From: Desulfobacterales bacterium | GTDB lineage: Bacteria; Desulfobacterota; Desulfobacteria; Desulfobacterales; JAHEIW01 | Direction: 5' to 3' | NCBI GenBank assembly: GCA_050116835.1 | Contig: JASFNW010000002.1 | Coordinates: 6,004 to 70,003, forward strand | Length of the DNA stretch: 64,000 nucleotides | Part shown: positions 1 through 9,792 of the stretch, piece by piece | Position numbering within the stretch: position 1 is the stretch's first letter | How the letters are laid out: every line of letters starts with the position of its first letter | The notes under the pieces: generated by a model | What the model was told of the DNA's origin: nothing | Databases searched by the model: none | The model's input: only the letters and a program-made list of their open reading frames with translations | Program-made: the position numbers and the translations under genes

Positions 1-677
1 CTTGTGAAAAGAGTCTTAAGCGTCTGGGTACCGAAAAGATCGACCTGTATTATCTTCACCGTGTTGATCCGGCCACGCAAATCGAGGATACCGTGGGTGA
101 GATGGCGAAGTTAGTACAAGAGGGCAAGATCGGGGCTGTTGGCTTGTCAGAGGCTTCAGCCAAGACGATTGAGCGGGCACATGCTGTTCATCCCATTGCC
201 GCCCTTGAGACCGAGTACTCGATATTTAGCCGTGATATTGAGAAGGACATACTCCCCACATGTGTGGAGCTTGGCATCAGCTTGGTAGCCTACTCGCCCT
301 TAGGCAGGGGAATGCTGACCGGACGCTACACCTCATTCAAAGACCGGCCCACCAGCGAGATTGATTTCCGGGCCCAGATGCAACCTCGGTTTCAGCCGGA
401 AAATATCGAGACTAACCTCAAACTGGTGGAAGCGATCAAGGAGATTGCTGCCCAAAAGGGATGCGTGGCAGCGCAGGTTGCTTTGGCCTGGGTGTTGGAC
501 AAAGGAGATCATGTTGTAGCCATTCCAGGCACGACCAAGCTCGCCAATCTCCAAACCAACCTGGGGGCAATTGACTGTCGCCTTACAGAGGAGAATCGAG
601 CTACGCTCAATGAATTGGCGGATCAGGTGCTCGGGGATCGATACACGCCTGAAGGGATGGCGGGGGTAAACCAGTAA
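1..677 (+). CDS. aldo/keto reductase family oxidoreductase (5' end cut by window edge)
   Basis: The frame is open from nt 3 ([23 protein letters not shown]) and runs into the listed ORF 93..677. AKR-type motifs are present: [25 protein letters not shown]. Confidence 0.85.
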   Translation, partial: CEKSLKRLGTEKIDLYYLHRVDPATQIEDTVGEMAKLVQEGKIGAVGLSEASAKTIERAHAVHPIAALETEYSIFSRDIEKDILPTCVELGISLVAYSPLGRGMLTGRYTSFKDRPTSEIDFRAQMQPRFQPENIETNLKLVEAIKEIAAQKGCVAAQVALAWVLDKGDHVVAIPGTTKLANLQTNLGAIDCRLTEENRATLNELADQVLGDRYTPEGMAGVNQ

Positions 678-979
678 CAGTCGCGGGCCCTGACTCTCAG
701 TCTTGGAGCGGCAACAGGTTTCCACCTAACAGGGCGCTTAGCTTGGTACGTTAAATACAAATTACTCTTACAAATCAAAGGTTTTTGAGCCCGGATAAAT
801 GTTGTGATACTTTAGCAAATCTGTACTTTTGGTATTTTTCAGGTCTTATCTCAATGTTTCACATATAGTTAGAATCCTGAGCGCAGAACCCAAACTGTAG
901 GAGATCTGTCTCCTTAGAGGAGATATGCCACACTTGTTCTAATCTCAACCAACCACCCCAAACAGGAGGACAAATACTC

Positions 980-1999
980 ATGATGAGCAAAATGTGCCTG
1001 ATCACTACCTTGACATTCACGTTGCTCGCAGCTACATCACTCCACGCTGGGAGCGTGGAGGTAAATCTCGGCAACTACATCCGAGCAGAGAGCGACATGC
1101 AAATCAAGGACTATGCCGAGAAGGCCGGCGGCATTGGCAAGTTTCTACATATGCGCGAGCCGTACTCGGTTAAGAATCAGACCACCATTCGCGGCAACAG
1201 AGACACGTTGTACTCCATGGGTGTGTTTGATCTCATCGAGCCGGTAACGATTACGAAGCCTGATCCCTCTGACCGCTTTCAATCCATGCTTGTCATAGAT
1301 CAAGACATGTACAACCCAGTTCTGAAGACAGGTGGCGGTAAAATCACCCTTTCGCTGGACAGCGTGGGTACCCGCTATGTGCTGATACTGTTCCGGACTT
1401 TCGCGGACCCAAACGATCCTGCCGACATGAAGGCGGCTCATGCCCTGCAGAATGCAATCAAGGCCGAGCAGAGTTCTTCGGGAAAACTGGAATTGCCCGA
1501 TTGGGATACAAAGTCCCTCGAAAAGACACGAAATGGAGTCAACGCACTCGCTTCTCAACTTATTGATTTTTCTGCCGGTTTTGGCAAGCGGGGTGAAGTT
1601 GATCCGATCATTCATCTTGCCGCTTGCGCCATGGGATGGGGAGGGAACCCGCCACGTGGCGCGAAGTATTTCGTGATAACACCAGAACAGAACGATGGAG
1701 TGACTGCCCAAACGCTTACAATGCCTAAGGACGTTCCTGTGCAGGCATTCTGGTCCGTGACCGTTTATAATAAAGATGGATTCTTCACGCCGAACAAATT
1801 CAATGCGTATTCCGTGAATAACGTCACAGCCAAGCCCAATGATGACGGGAGTGTCACGATCCACTTTGGTGGGGATTCCGGGCAGCCGAATTTTCTACCG
1901 ATCACTGAGGGCTGGAATTACGCTATTCGACTCTATCTGCCGAAATGGCAGATCATCGAGGGCAATTGGACTCCGCCGGCCCCACAGCCAGCGAAATAA
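980..1999 (+). CDS. secreted DUF1254/DUF1214-like protein, function unknown
   Basis: 339-aa ORF with a signal peptide ([15 protein letters not shown]) and an AGGAGG RBS just upstream. The NYIRAESD and [10 protein letters not shown] segments recall the DUF1254/DUF1214 family. This is from memory and needs an HMM check. Confidence 0.5.
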   Translation: MMSKMCLITTLTFTLLAATSLHAGSVEVNLGNYIRAESDMQIKDYAEKAGGIGKFLHMREPYSVKNQTTIRGNRDTLYSMGVFDLIEPVTITKPDPSDRFQSMLVIDQDMYNPVLKTGGGKITLSLDSVGTRYVLILFRTFADPNDPADMKAAHALQNAIKAEQSSSGKLELPDWDTKSLEKTRNGVNALASQLIDFSAGFGKRGEVDPIIHLAACAMGWGGNPPRGAKYFVITPEQNDGVTAQTLTMPKDVPVQAFWSVTVYNKDGFFTPNKFNAYSVNNVTAKPNDDGSVTIHFGGDSGQPNFLPITEGWNYAIRLYLPKWQIIEGNWTPPAPQPAK

Positions 2000-2307
2000 G
2001 CTTTCCGTGATAAGAAGCCGGCAGAACAAAACGGTGCAGGCAACGGCGCTCCGCGCCTCTCCTGCCCTCCGCCCTAATAGATATCCAGCTAATCGAAGGT
2101 GAGCCTAAACTGCAGATATCATCCGTGAAACACAAGTATTTTGCGCCGTTTCATTTTGCAAATATTGTAAACTGATAACAAGAGAATCATCTTTTAGGTT
2201 TATACCGTTTGGTGGTAAATAAAACTGCCTTATCTTGCATTGGCAACATGAAACCGATAGTTTGAAGTGAATTTGTCTCTTGGATTCGCGACAACAGGAG
2301 GTATCAA

Positions 2308-2835
2308 ATGACATACGAGGAGATTATCCAGTTTCACGGTCATGAATGTCCTGGGCTTGCCATGGGTTACAGAATGGCCACAGCTGCAATGGAACGACTT
2401 GAATCGATTCGTGCTGAAGACGAAGAACTGGTGGCAATCGTGGAAAATGACGCCTGCGGGGTTGACGCTGTGCAGTGTGTGACCGGCTGCACGTTCGGCA
2501 AAGGGAATCTGTTGTTTCGAGACTACGGTAAGCAGGTTTATACCATTTACTGCAGATCGTCCCGATCCGGTGTCCGTGTGCATTTTCATAGGAATCAAAT
2601 TCCAGAGGGCTTTCACGAAGACCGACGTGCGCTTACCGACTGGATTTTATCTGCTCCCAAAGACAGCATTCTTTCGATATCCCAAACATCCATTCCAGAG
2701 CCTGAACCGGCAAAGATCCTTGAGTCGGTGCCATGTGCATTCTGTGGTGAGAGCGTCATGGAGTCGCGCATCCGGCAATGGCATGATAAGCCCGCTTGCA
2801 TTCCCTGTTATGAGAAGCAGCACAGGGCCGAATAA
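2308..2835 (+). CDS. FmdE family protein with C-terminal zinc ribbon
   Basis: FHGHECPGLAMGYRM, DACGVDAVQCVTGCTFGKGNL, and a C-terminal CAFCGE...CIPC. RBS caggagg lies upstream. Confidence 0.75.
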   Translation: MTYEEIIQFHGHECPGLAMGYRMATAAMERLESIRAEDEELVAIVENDACGVDAVQCVTGCTFGKGNLLFRDYGKQVYTIYCRSSRSGVRVHFHRNQIPEGFHEDRRALTDWILSAPKDSILSISQTSIPEPEPAKILESVPCAFCGESVMESRIRQWHDKPACIPCYEKQHRAE

Positions 2836-3091
2836 AAAATTCAGGCGAAAATTAGATGAAATATCCAAAATTGGAACCGTAAACGGGGAAATGCCCGTCT
2901 ACCAATAACCATTTAACTGTTTTTATCCAATGCAGACGGTTTGCAAAGGAGGGAGAATGCCAAAGACCAACTACCCATCATTGTTCAAGCCTTTTCAGTA
3001 AAGGCGCAATCAAATACCTCTCTGGTGTTATGGCCTGATAACATCGATAGGCACAATCGGGATGTGCATTAAAGCAGCTTTTGAGGGTTTT

Positions 3092-3661
3092 TCAGTTGAG
3101 TCCTGTATCTTTGCGATATTTTGTTCCGGCAATGGTGGCCTGAAGGGCGACACCGGCTTCTGTCATTTGATAGATTTCAATATCTTGCTCGACATACGTC
3201 TCGCCGCCGACAGCCATGCCCTTTTCACCCGATTTCGCAGCGGCATCCGCCTGACCGCCAAATTCCCAGCCCTTTTCAACAAAGTCGTTAAAAACATATT
3301 TATTTTTGAAGATGAAAACAGCCCTAAAATCCTTAAGGCCGATTCCCGGTCCGACGCCAATAAAGTTCATTTTCATGTAAGTTTTTTTGCCGCTTGCGTT
3401 GTCAATCGCGATCCCGTATCCATTGCCGCTGCTAAAGAGAAACAAATTTGTGTTGATGCTGCTAAAAACGGCATGCCCGGCGGCATTCTTTATTTTGGTT
3501 CTGGCTTCCGGGTATTCTCTGTATAATCGACTTAAGGCTTCATTTTTCATATTCAAAACATAGTTTCTTTTATCCTCTATGGTGTTACCTTTCGGTGTCG
3601 CGCAGCTGACCAGCAAAATTGAGGCGACTAGAAAAATTCCGAATAAATGCAAAAATCTCAT
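3092..3661 (-). CDS. lipoprotein with SYLF/Ysc84-like (DUF500) lipid-binding domain
   Basis: I start it at MRFLHLF (ATG at 3661), which has GGAGG 5 nt upstream. Lipobox-like LLVSC is present. The body (GYGIAIDNASGKKTYMKMNFIGVGPGIGLKDFRAVFIF...GWEFGGQADAAAK) resembles a SYLF domain. Confidence 0.6.
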   Translation of the reverse strand: MRFLHLFGIFLVASILLVSCATPKGNTIEDKRNYVLNMKNEALSRLYREYPEARTKIKNAAGHAVFSSINTNLFLFSSGNGYGIAIDNASGKKTYMKMNFIGVGPGIGLKDFRAVFIFKNKYVFNDFVEKGWEFGGQADAAAKSGEKGMAVGGETYVEQDIEIYQMTEAGVALQATIAGTKYRKDTGLN

Positions 3662-3730
3662 CCTGACCTCCTCTAACATGTAAAGCTTTATAATTTGCGA
3701 TTGAATTTAATCGAGATGTGTTGAAGAAAA

Positions 3731-3747
3731 AGCAGGAATTGTGCCAA
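3731..3747 (-). promoter_or_regulatory. candidate sigma-54 (-24/-12) promoter for the SYLF lipoprotein gene
   Basis: The minus strand reads TTGGCACAATTCCTGCTT. GG and GC have the canonical GG-N10-GC spacing, about 75 nt upstream of the ATG at 3661. Confidence 0.3.
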
Positions 3748-4023
3748 AAGCGGTAGGACTGTATTGTATTAAATTTTAAATAGATATGTACGACTTAATG
3801 TGAAAACTCATCAACTATTGAACGACACTTCGTCAAACTTTTGACCGATGGGTATTTCAAACAGTTTCCGAACATCGATGTTCAACAGTAGAAAGTAGAA
3901 TAGGGGCGGTAATCCCGCTTGAGATAAAACGGAGGATTCGATTACAGAAACGTCGGGTCTTGTTCGGGACAGCGAAGATGTATCCCTGTTTGGTGCCAAG
4001 TGCGGTTGAGGTCCAGTTTTCGT

Positions 4024-4524
4024 TCACATTTCATCAATCCTCAGCAAAACCAGATCAGCAAGCCTCTCGGTGGAGATCAGCAGTCTAACGTTCTTCGAAT
4101 TCTCTGGATAATAGCGGTTGAGGGTGGCGGGAACCCTTAAAAAACTTCTGCCTGTCCCATGGGTTTCCATCACGGTTCTCCTTATGGTACAGCCTGAACA
4201 GTGAGTTGTGCTTCCGCATCCTTCGGGCAATCGAGCATGGGAACACTCAAATACCTCGCCTCCCTTGTATCCCTCAATCTCCGTCAATTTCTTTCCGAAC
4301 AACTGCCTTGCCTGATTGTTTCCGGTAACAATTTTTCCCTTCCGATTAACCACGACGATCGGCAGTTTCAGGCTGTCAAGAAACACTCCAAGGTCAACAC
4401 CCATCTGGAATAACACATTGTCTCTGCAGCTCCCGCAGATTCCATGAGTGATCACATTTTCAGAGCCGTCTTGCGAATCGACCCTGCCCATTTCTTTACT
4501 GCACCAGGAGCAGATTCTCTTCAT
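4024..4524 (-). CDS. Cys-rich zinc-ribbon plus PAS-like sensor protein (hypothetical)
   Basis: 166-aa ORF. N-terminal CSWC...HGICGSC. The central region resembles a PAS fold (PIVVVNRKGKIVTGNNQARQLFGK). A C-terminal Cys cluster is present (CSHARLPEGCGSTTHCSGC). Confidence 0.5.
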   Translation of the reverse strand: MKRICSWCSKEMGRVDSQDGSENVITHGICGSCRDNVLFQMGVDLGVFLDSLKLPIVVVNRKGKIVTGNNQARQLFGKKLTEIEGYKGGEVFECSHARLPEGCGSTTHCSGCTIRRTVMETHGTGRSFLRVPATLNRYYPENSKNVRLLISTERLADLVLLRIDEM

Positions 4525-4558
4525 TTTCTACCTCACTACACATGCGGCCATAGCAATC

Positions 4559-4606
4559 CGACCGTCGTCATGAACGAAAAATCGACCGTCGTCATGAACG
4601 AAAAAT
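4559..4606. repeat. perfect 24-bp tandem duplication (2 units)
   Basis: CGACCGTCGTCATGAACGAAAAAT occurs at 4559-4582 and again at 4583-4606, read directly from the sequence. Confidence 0.95.
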
Positions 4607-5002
4607 ATCGATCGGGGGTGTAAATTTCCTCTGGAGTTCCTCAAGCCATTTTACTGTCTATTCTATCATAATCAATCGAAAGATCAATCTAACTTAGTTT
4701 TTTATAAATATTATCATACTGTTACCCAATATACAGCATCATTTTTTTACGTGAATGATCAGTATAAATATGGGTTTAGCTCCCATCCCGCACAGGGAAA
4801 TCGCTTATGACCGGGTGCATTTGACATACCGTAAAATGGTAGTTACGTTACTGTATCAGGTAGATTTACCTGAGAAAAACGGATCTATTTTGCACCTCAT
4901 ACGCATTTGATGAATCCTGTGATTGATCAAAGCGCGTCAAACTTTCTGCTTCGCCATGAGAAATCGGTAGGAAAAGATGCAGAATACTGAGGGGGTGAAA
5001 GT

Positions 5003-5152
5003 ATGGCTAAAAGCGATAAAAAGAAAAAGAACGATAAGTCTGCAGCAAATTCTTGTTGTTATTATGTCGTAGACAGCTGTGGTTGCGTTGTTGGAACATA
5101 CTGTTGTGACGGATCAGACATGTCGAGTTGCCGATTTGAAAGTTGCTGCTGA
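5003..5152 (+). CDS. unlisted small cysteine-rich peptide (49 aa, 10 Cys)
   Basis: ATG at 5003 lies 7 nt after GAGGGGG. Translation is MAKSDKKKKNDKSAANSCCYYVVDSCGCVVGTYCCDGSDMSSCRFESCC, with TGA at 5150-5152. A hairpin plus T-run follows. The peptide is below the 60-aa cutoff of the ORF track. Confidence 0.5.
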   Translation: MAKSDKKKKNDKSAANSCCYYVVDSCGCVVGTYCCDGSDMSSCRFESCC

Positions 5153-5183
5153 TATATATTGCCTGAATAGGTATATAAAAAAA

Positions 5184-5210
5184 GGCCGGATGCAATGTCC
5201 GGTCTTTTTA
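5184..5210 (+). terminator. rho-independent terminator after the Cys-rich peptide ORF
   Basis: GGCCGGA-tgcaatg-TCCGGTC forms a 7-bp stem with one G-U pair. It is followed by TTTTTA and preceded by an A-run. Confidence 0.6.
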
Positions 5211-5816
5211 TATGGATGTAAGCAAAAAACGCATAGATTTTAAGTACAACATTGCCGGGGATTGGTAAAATGATAAATACGGTTCAATTATGGCACCGGG
5301 CACCCCATAAAATCAACAATGCAGTGACAGCAACATTGCCTTCATGCCGAGTTCAAGTGGCCGTAAAAAGTCGGCCAAAAGCTGAGCTGTTTGTCCTTGA
5401 CATGAAGACATGTTGAATTAATTTTCGACTATAAGGAAGCACGACAGCCTCGACTCATGATGAACGTTATTTTGTGCTCAAGGGGGCGTGACTGCTTCCT
5501 TTTTTTTGCAAACCGTACTTTTTCAGAAAAACCTCATTTTTTCCCCATCGAATAAATTAATGGTTACTATTGGGTATGTGAGATCTTGTTCGGCTTGGAG
5601 ACCCACGATCTTTTATCTTCAAATGTAAATTAAAGCAAACGGATTCTGAGGGGCATACCAATCTTTGCTGCTGTTACATTCTCAATCAAGACGATCAGTA
5701 TGAGGACCTCTGCTATATGCCGGTACACGAATGTTGCCTTAGGCAGCAACATAGGCCGAACATTCATCAACAGGTGCAAAAACCGTAATATGTGTTCACC
5801 CGCTGGAGGAGGATAA

Positions 5817-7760
5817 ATGAGACAGAATGCAACCCAAAAGCTAATTGAAGCTCATTTGGTGGATGGGCGCATGCAGCCAGGGGAAGAAATTGGCCTTCGT
5901 ATTGATCAAACCCTAACACAGGATGCCACCGGCACAATGGTCATGCTGGAATTTGAAGCCATGCAAATTCCACGGGTTAAAACCGAGCTTTCCGCTCAAT
6001 ATGTCGATCATAACCTGCTGCAAACCGATTTTAAAAATGCTGATGACCATTTGTATCTTTTGAGCGCCTGCCAGAAATTCGGTGTTTGGTATAGCCGCCC
6101 GGGCAACGGTGTCAGCCATCCCGTTCATATGGAACGTTTTGGAATTCCAGGTCGCACGCTGCTGGGTTCCGACAGCCACACACCGGCGGCGGGAGCGCTG
6201 GGAATGCTGGCGATGGGAGCCGGCGGCCTTGAGGTTGCGCTAGTCATGGCCGGAGAACCCATATACATCAAAATGCCTGCGGTCATGGGAGTGAAGCTGA
6301 CCGGAGCATTACCGGACTGGGTCAGCGCCAAGGATGTCATTTTGGAGATGCTGCGGCGCCATGGTGTTGACGGCGGATTCGGCAAGGTAATTGAATACTA
6401 TGGCCCGGGTCTAAAATGTCTGACGGCGATGGACCGGCATGTGATCGCGAATATGGGAACCGAACTGGGCGCCACGAGTACGGTCTTTCCGTCGGACGAA
6501 AGTGTGAAGCGGTTTTTGCGCGCTCAGGGTCGGGAGCAAGACTGGACTTCCATTCAGCCCGATGCGGATGCCCTCTACGATGAGAAAGATGAAATCGATT
6601 TATCCGATTTGGAGCCGTTGATTGCTCTGCCCAGCAGTCCCGGCAATGTGGTGGCGGTCAGGGAAGTCGCGGGGCGTGAAATTTATCAGGCGTATATTGG
6701 ATCTTCAGCCAATCCGGGACTGCGAGACTTCGCGGTACCCGCACTCATGGTAGATGATAAACAAGTTCATGCGCGCGTTTCTTTTGACGTCAACCCCACC
6801 TCCAGACAAATTCTGGAAAATCTGACGAATCTGGGATTGCTGGAAAAATTGATCCGCAGTGGAGCCCGGATCCATCAGGCCGGTTGCGGCGGCTGTATCG
6901 GTATGGGGCAGGCCCCGGCGACCGGGAAAATAAGTTTGCGAACGGTTCCACGGAATTTTCCGGGGCGGTCCGGCACCAAAGACGACCAGGTCTATTTATG
7001 CAGCCCGGAAACCGCGACAGCCTCTGCATTAACCGGCGTCATCACCGATCCGCGTACCTTGCCCGCAGAATATCCCCATTTTTCCGAACCGGATGAGATC
7101 CGTATTAATACCCAAATGCTGATAGCGCCGCCACGTTCAGGAGATGGCATCGAGTTGGAAAAGGGGCCGAACATCAAACCGCTGCCCATCTTTGAGCCTT
7201 TGGCGGATAGCATCTCGGGGCAGGTTTTGTTAAAGGCCGGAGATGACGTATCCACCGATGAGATTATGCCGGCCGGCTCGCAGATATTGCCCTATCGCAG
7301 CAATATCCCGCAAATCAGCAAATATGCTTTCATACGGCTGGACGACCGTTTTTATGATCGGGCTGTGGAGCACCAGCAGCAGGGATTCATCATTATCGCC
7401 GGCAACAATTATGGTCAGGGCTCCAGTCGCGAGCATGCAGCAATTGCTCCGCGTTATCTCGGTATGAAAACCGTCATCGCCAAAAGCTTTGCGCGGATTC
7501 ACTGGCAGAATTTGATCAATTTCGGAATCCTACCCTTGACCTTTGTGAACCCCGATGACTACGGTCACATTGAACCAGACGACACGCTCGAAATTAAAGA
7601 TGCCCCTCGCAACCTGCGCCAGGGCAAACAAATTCGTGTCTGCAACAAAGGCAAAAATGAAGCCTATGACACGCAGCACAGCCTGAGCAAACGCCAGATC
7701 GAAATGATTCTGGCAGGCAGCCTGATCAATGTGGTGCGCAAACGACAGAAGCGGAAATGA
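5817..7760 (+). CDS. aconitate hydratase (short, about 650-aa type)
   Basis: 647 aa with RBS GGAGGAGG. Aconitase-family motifs are present: DQTLTQDATG, GSDSHT, GCGGCIGMG, NYGQGSSREHAA. Confidence 0.9.
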   Translation: MRQNATQKLIEAHLVDGRMQPGEEIGLRIDQTLTQDATGTMVMLEFEAMQIPRVKTELSAQYVDHNLLQTDFKNADDHLYLLSACQKFGVWYSRPGNGVSHPVHMERFGIPGRTLLGSDSHTPAAGALGMLAMGAGGLEVALVMAGEPIYIKMPAVMGVKLTGALPDWVSAKDVILEMLRRHGVDGGFGKVIEYYGPGLKCLTAMDRHVIANMGTELGATSTVFPSDESVKRFLRAQGREQDWTSIQPDADALYDEKDEIDLSDLEPLIALPSSPGNVVAVREVAGREIYQAYIGSSANPGLRDFAVPALMVDDKQVHARVSFDVNPTSRQILENLTNLGLLEKLIRSGARIHQAGCGGCIGMGQAPATGKISLRTVPRNFPGRSGTKDDQVYLCSPETATASALTGVITDPRTLPAEYPHFSEPDEIRINTQMLIAPPRSGDGIELEKGPNIKPLPIFEPLADSISGQVLLKAGDDVSTDEIMPAGSQILPYRSNIPQISKYAFIRLDDRFYDRAVEHQQQGFIIIAGNNYGQGSSREHAAIAPRYLGMKTVIAKSFARIHWQNLINFGILPLTFVNPDDYGHIEPDDTLEIKDAPRNLRQGKQIRVCNKGKNEAYDTQHSLSKRQIEMILAGSLINVVRKRQKRK

Positions 7761-8090
7761 TAAACCGCATACAATCCTCACCCTTGCCAGCTTGTTCGAA
7801 GAAGAGGGCGGTCATAAAATTCTGTTCACCCATCCTTAAGTTATAGCAGATGCACTTGTGAAGGCGCCTAAGTAGGTCGGAATGATTTTGAGTTGAATAC
7901 CCTTGCATTTGGGTGTTTTGCCTGCAGCACAGGGTCCGTCCGATAAGTCTCTTGTAATTCATATAATCTGAATATCAATATATTTCATATGGTTATGCCA
8001 TTTTTTGACGCCATACTTGAGTTCTGTAAGAAAGTGCAAATAGTATAGAGAAAAGTATTTTTGGCGATCCCATCATTTTGGAGGTATACC

Positions 8091-8945
8091 ATGCGATGGA
8101 GAAGTGGGAGAAGAAGCACAAACATTGAGGATCGGCGCCGGGTGCGTGTATCACGCAAAGCCGCGGGGGGCGGTATCGGTATCGTTGTGATTGCATTGAT
8201 TGCCATGTACTTTGGTGTTGACCCGAGCATATTCCTTAGTCAACCAGGCCCCAGTAGCAGTGTCAGCACCCAGCAGACCACGCGGCAGATTCCCGCGGCT
8301 GAAAATGAGCTGGCCGAGTTTGTCTCGGTCGTTCTGGCCGATACCGAAGACACCTGGAACGATTTGTTCAACCAGATGGGCAAAACCTACCGGGAGCCCC
8401 AGCTCGTGCTGTTTTCCGGAGCCGTGCAATCGGCCTGTGGTTTTGCCCAGGCGGCCATGGGGCCCTTTTACTGTCCGGCCGATCAAAAAGTCTATATTGA
8501 TCTGAGTTTTTATCAGGATTTAAAAAACCGTCACGGTGCTCCGGGCGATTTTGCCCAGGCTTACGTGATTGCCCATGAAATCGGTCACCATGTCCAAACC
8601 CTGCTGGGAATATCGGAAAAAGTTCACTCGGCGCGAAGTCGCGTCAGCCAGGTGGAGGGCAATCGGCTTTCGGTGATGCAGGAGTTGCAGGCAGACTGTT
8701 TTGCAGGAGTCTGGGCATACCATGCCAACCGAGCCCGCCAGATCTTAGAGGAAGGCGATATCGAGGAAGCTCTGGGAGCGGCGAGTGCCATCGGTGATGA
8801 TCGGCTGCAGCGTAAAACCAGAGGCTACGTAACGCCGGATTCATTTACCCACGGAAGCTCAGCCCAGCGTGTGCGCTGGTTCAAGCAGGGTTTGAAAGGC
8901 GGTGAAGTGCTGGACTGCAATACTTTCCGTGCCGACAATCTTTAA
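8091..8945 (+). CDS. YpfJ-family neutral zinc metallopeptidase
   Basis: I start it at ATG 8091 (MRWRSGRRSTNIEDRR), which has GGAGG upstream. One TM segment, an HEIGHH zinc motif, and a typical C-terminus (GSSAQRVRWFKQG). Confidence 0.85.
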   Translation: MRWRSGRRSTNIEDRRRVRVSRKAAGGGIGIVVIALIAMYFGVDPSIFLSQPGPSSSVSTQQTTRQIPAAENELAEFVSVVLADTEDTWNDLFNQMGKTYREPQLVLFSGAVQSACGFAQAAMGPFYCPADQKVYIDLSFYQDLKNRHGAPGDFAQAYVIAHEIGHHVQTLLGISEKVHSARSRVSQVEGNRLSVMQELQADCFAGVWAYHANRARQILEEGDIEEALGAASAIGDDRLQRKTRGYVTPDSFTHGSSAQRVRWFKQGLKGGEVLDCNTFRADNL

Positions 8946-9041
8946 CAAAAGTTGAGTGATTGCCGATATGATCACATAAACGTTTCGGAGTTCCAGGTAA
9001 AGATTTTTGTTGGGGTGATGATGGCCCAAAAACGAACCTGA

Positions 9042-9440
9042 TTAAAATCGAAAACCCGATATCAAATGAAAGAACAGATAATACAGGCCGCCGGCGATGC
9101 CGATCAGACCGGCAATGAGGAATCCGATTCGACGGCGCCCGGCCCGCCGGTCTCTGATTTCCTGTTTTTCGTTGAGATACCCGATGGCCGAATCGACCAC
9201 CGTGGTGCGCAACGCTAAAACCGATGGTTTTCTACAGTGCGGACATAATTCGAGAAAGCAACCCAGGTTGCGGGTTTCGTAATGATAACGGCTAACATAC
9301 TGGTGGGGTGTGCTGATCGTCTCATCAATTTTTTTGCGAGGTTTGCCTTCCAGAAGAATTAAGGATCTTTCTTCAATATCAACCTCGGATTCGACATCTA
9401 TAACAGTTGCCGGCGCCTCTTTTATTTTTTTGGCCTCCAT
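9042..9440 (-). CDS. hypothetical tail-anchored membrane protein with CxxC pair
   Basis: I start it at MEAKKIKE (ATG 9440), which has GAGGTGA upstream. It has CFLELCPHC and a C-terminal TM (IGFLIAGLIGIAGGLYYLFF). Confidence 0.45.
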   Translation of the reverse strand: MEAKKIKEAPATVIDVESEVDIEERSLILLEGKPRKKIDETISTPHQYVSRYHYETRNLGCFLELCPHCRKPSVLALRTTVVDSAIGYLNEKQEIRDRRAGRRRIGFLIAGLIGIAGGLYYLFFHLISGFRF

Positions 9441-9792
9441 TTCACTCACCTCTGACGGAATTATAGTCGTGCATGCCTCTCCCTGATGAGAATTTTGCAG
9501 AAACCATGCCAATTCCTTCTTTAGTAAAATTTGCTGAAATTAAAGAAAGTTACGTTATACATCAATCTTTTTACTCAAAAGATTTTAAGAATTAAATTAA
9601 ACAAAAATGGGCAGGATATTACATATTTCTAAGGGGTTATGTAGATCACAACAAGAATAGTTGACGATTCAAGATGTTGTTCAAAAGGGCCGATAGTATA
9701 GATCAGCAACTGTGCAAATTGTTTTGCAAACCCGACCGGTGATGACAATTGCTTAACGGTTGCAATGATTCGGATGAATAAGGAGATGCGCA

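Noticed and set aside
1145-1864. Long antisense or alternative-frame ORFs inside well-supported genes. Examples are 1145..1864 minus, 22526..23041 minus, 26995..27615 plus, 33218..33772 plus, 35462..36034 plus, 49672..50172 plus, 52426..52857 minus and 59644..60122 minus.
   Set aside because: Each overlaps a gene with clear family motifs on the other strand or frame. None shows a recognisable motif or RBS. They are typical shadow ORFs in moderately GC-rich DNA.
2957-3001. A 14-codon micro-ORF (MPKTNYPSLFKPFQ) behind an AAGGAGGG sequence.
   Set aside because: It is too short to evaluate. The SD-to-ATG spacing is only about 4 nt and no terminator or conservation evidence is available.
5007-5195. 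Listed 62-aa minus-strand ORF.
   Set aside because: It is antisense to the Cys-rich peptide ORF, which has an RBS and a terminator. The minus-strand ORF has no RBS, and its sequence (MHPAFFYIPIQAIYISSNF...) looks like non-coding translation.
5454-5552. A 32-codon ORF (MMNVILCSRGRDCFLFFANRTFSEKPHFFPIE) overlapping the terminator-like element in the aconitase leader.
   Set aside because: It has no RBS. The reading frame runs through the stem and T-run, which suggests the region is structural RNA or DNA rather than coding.
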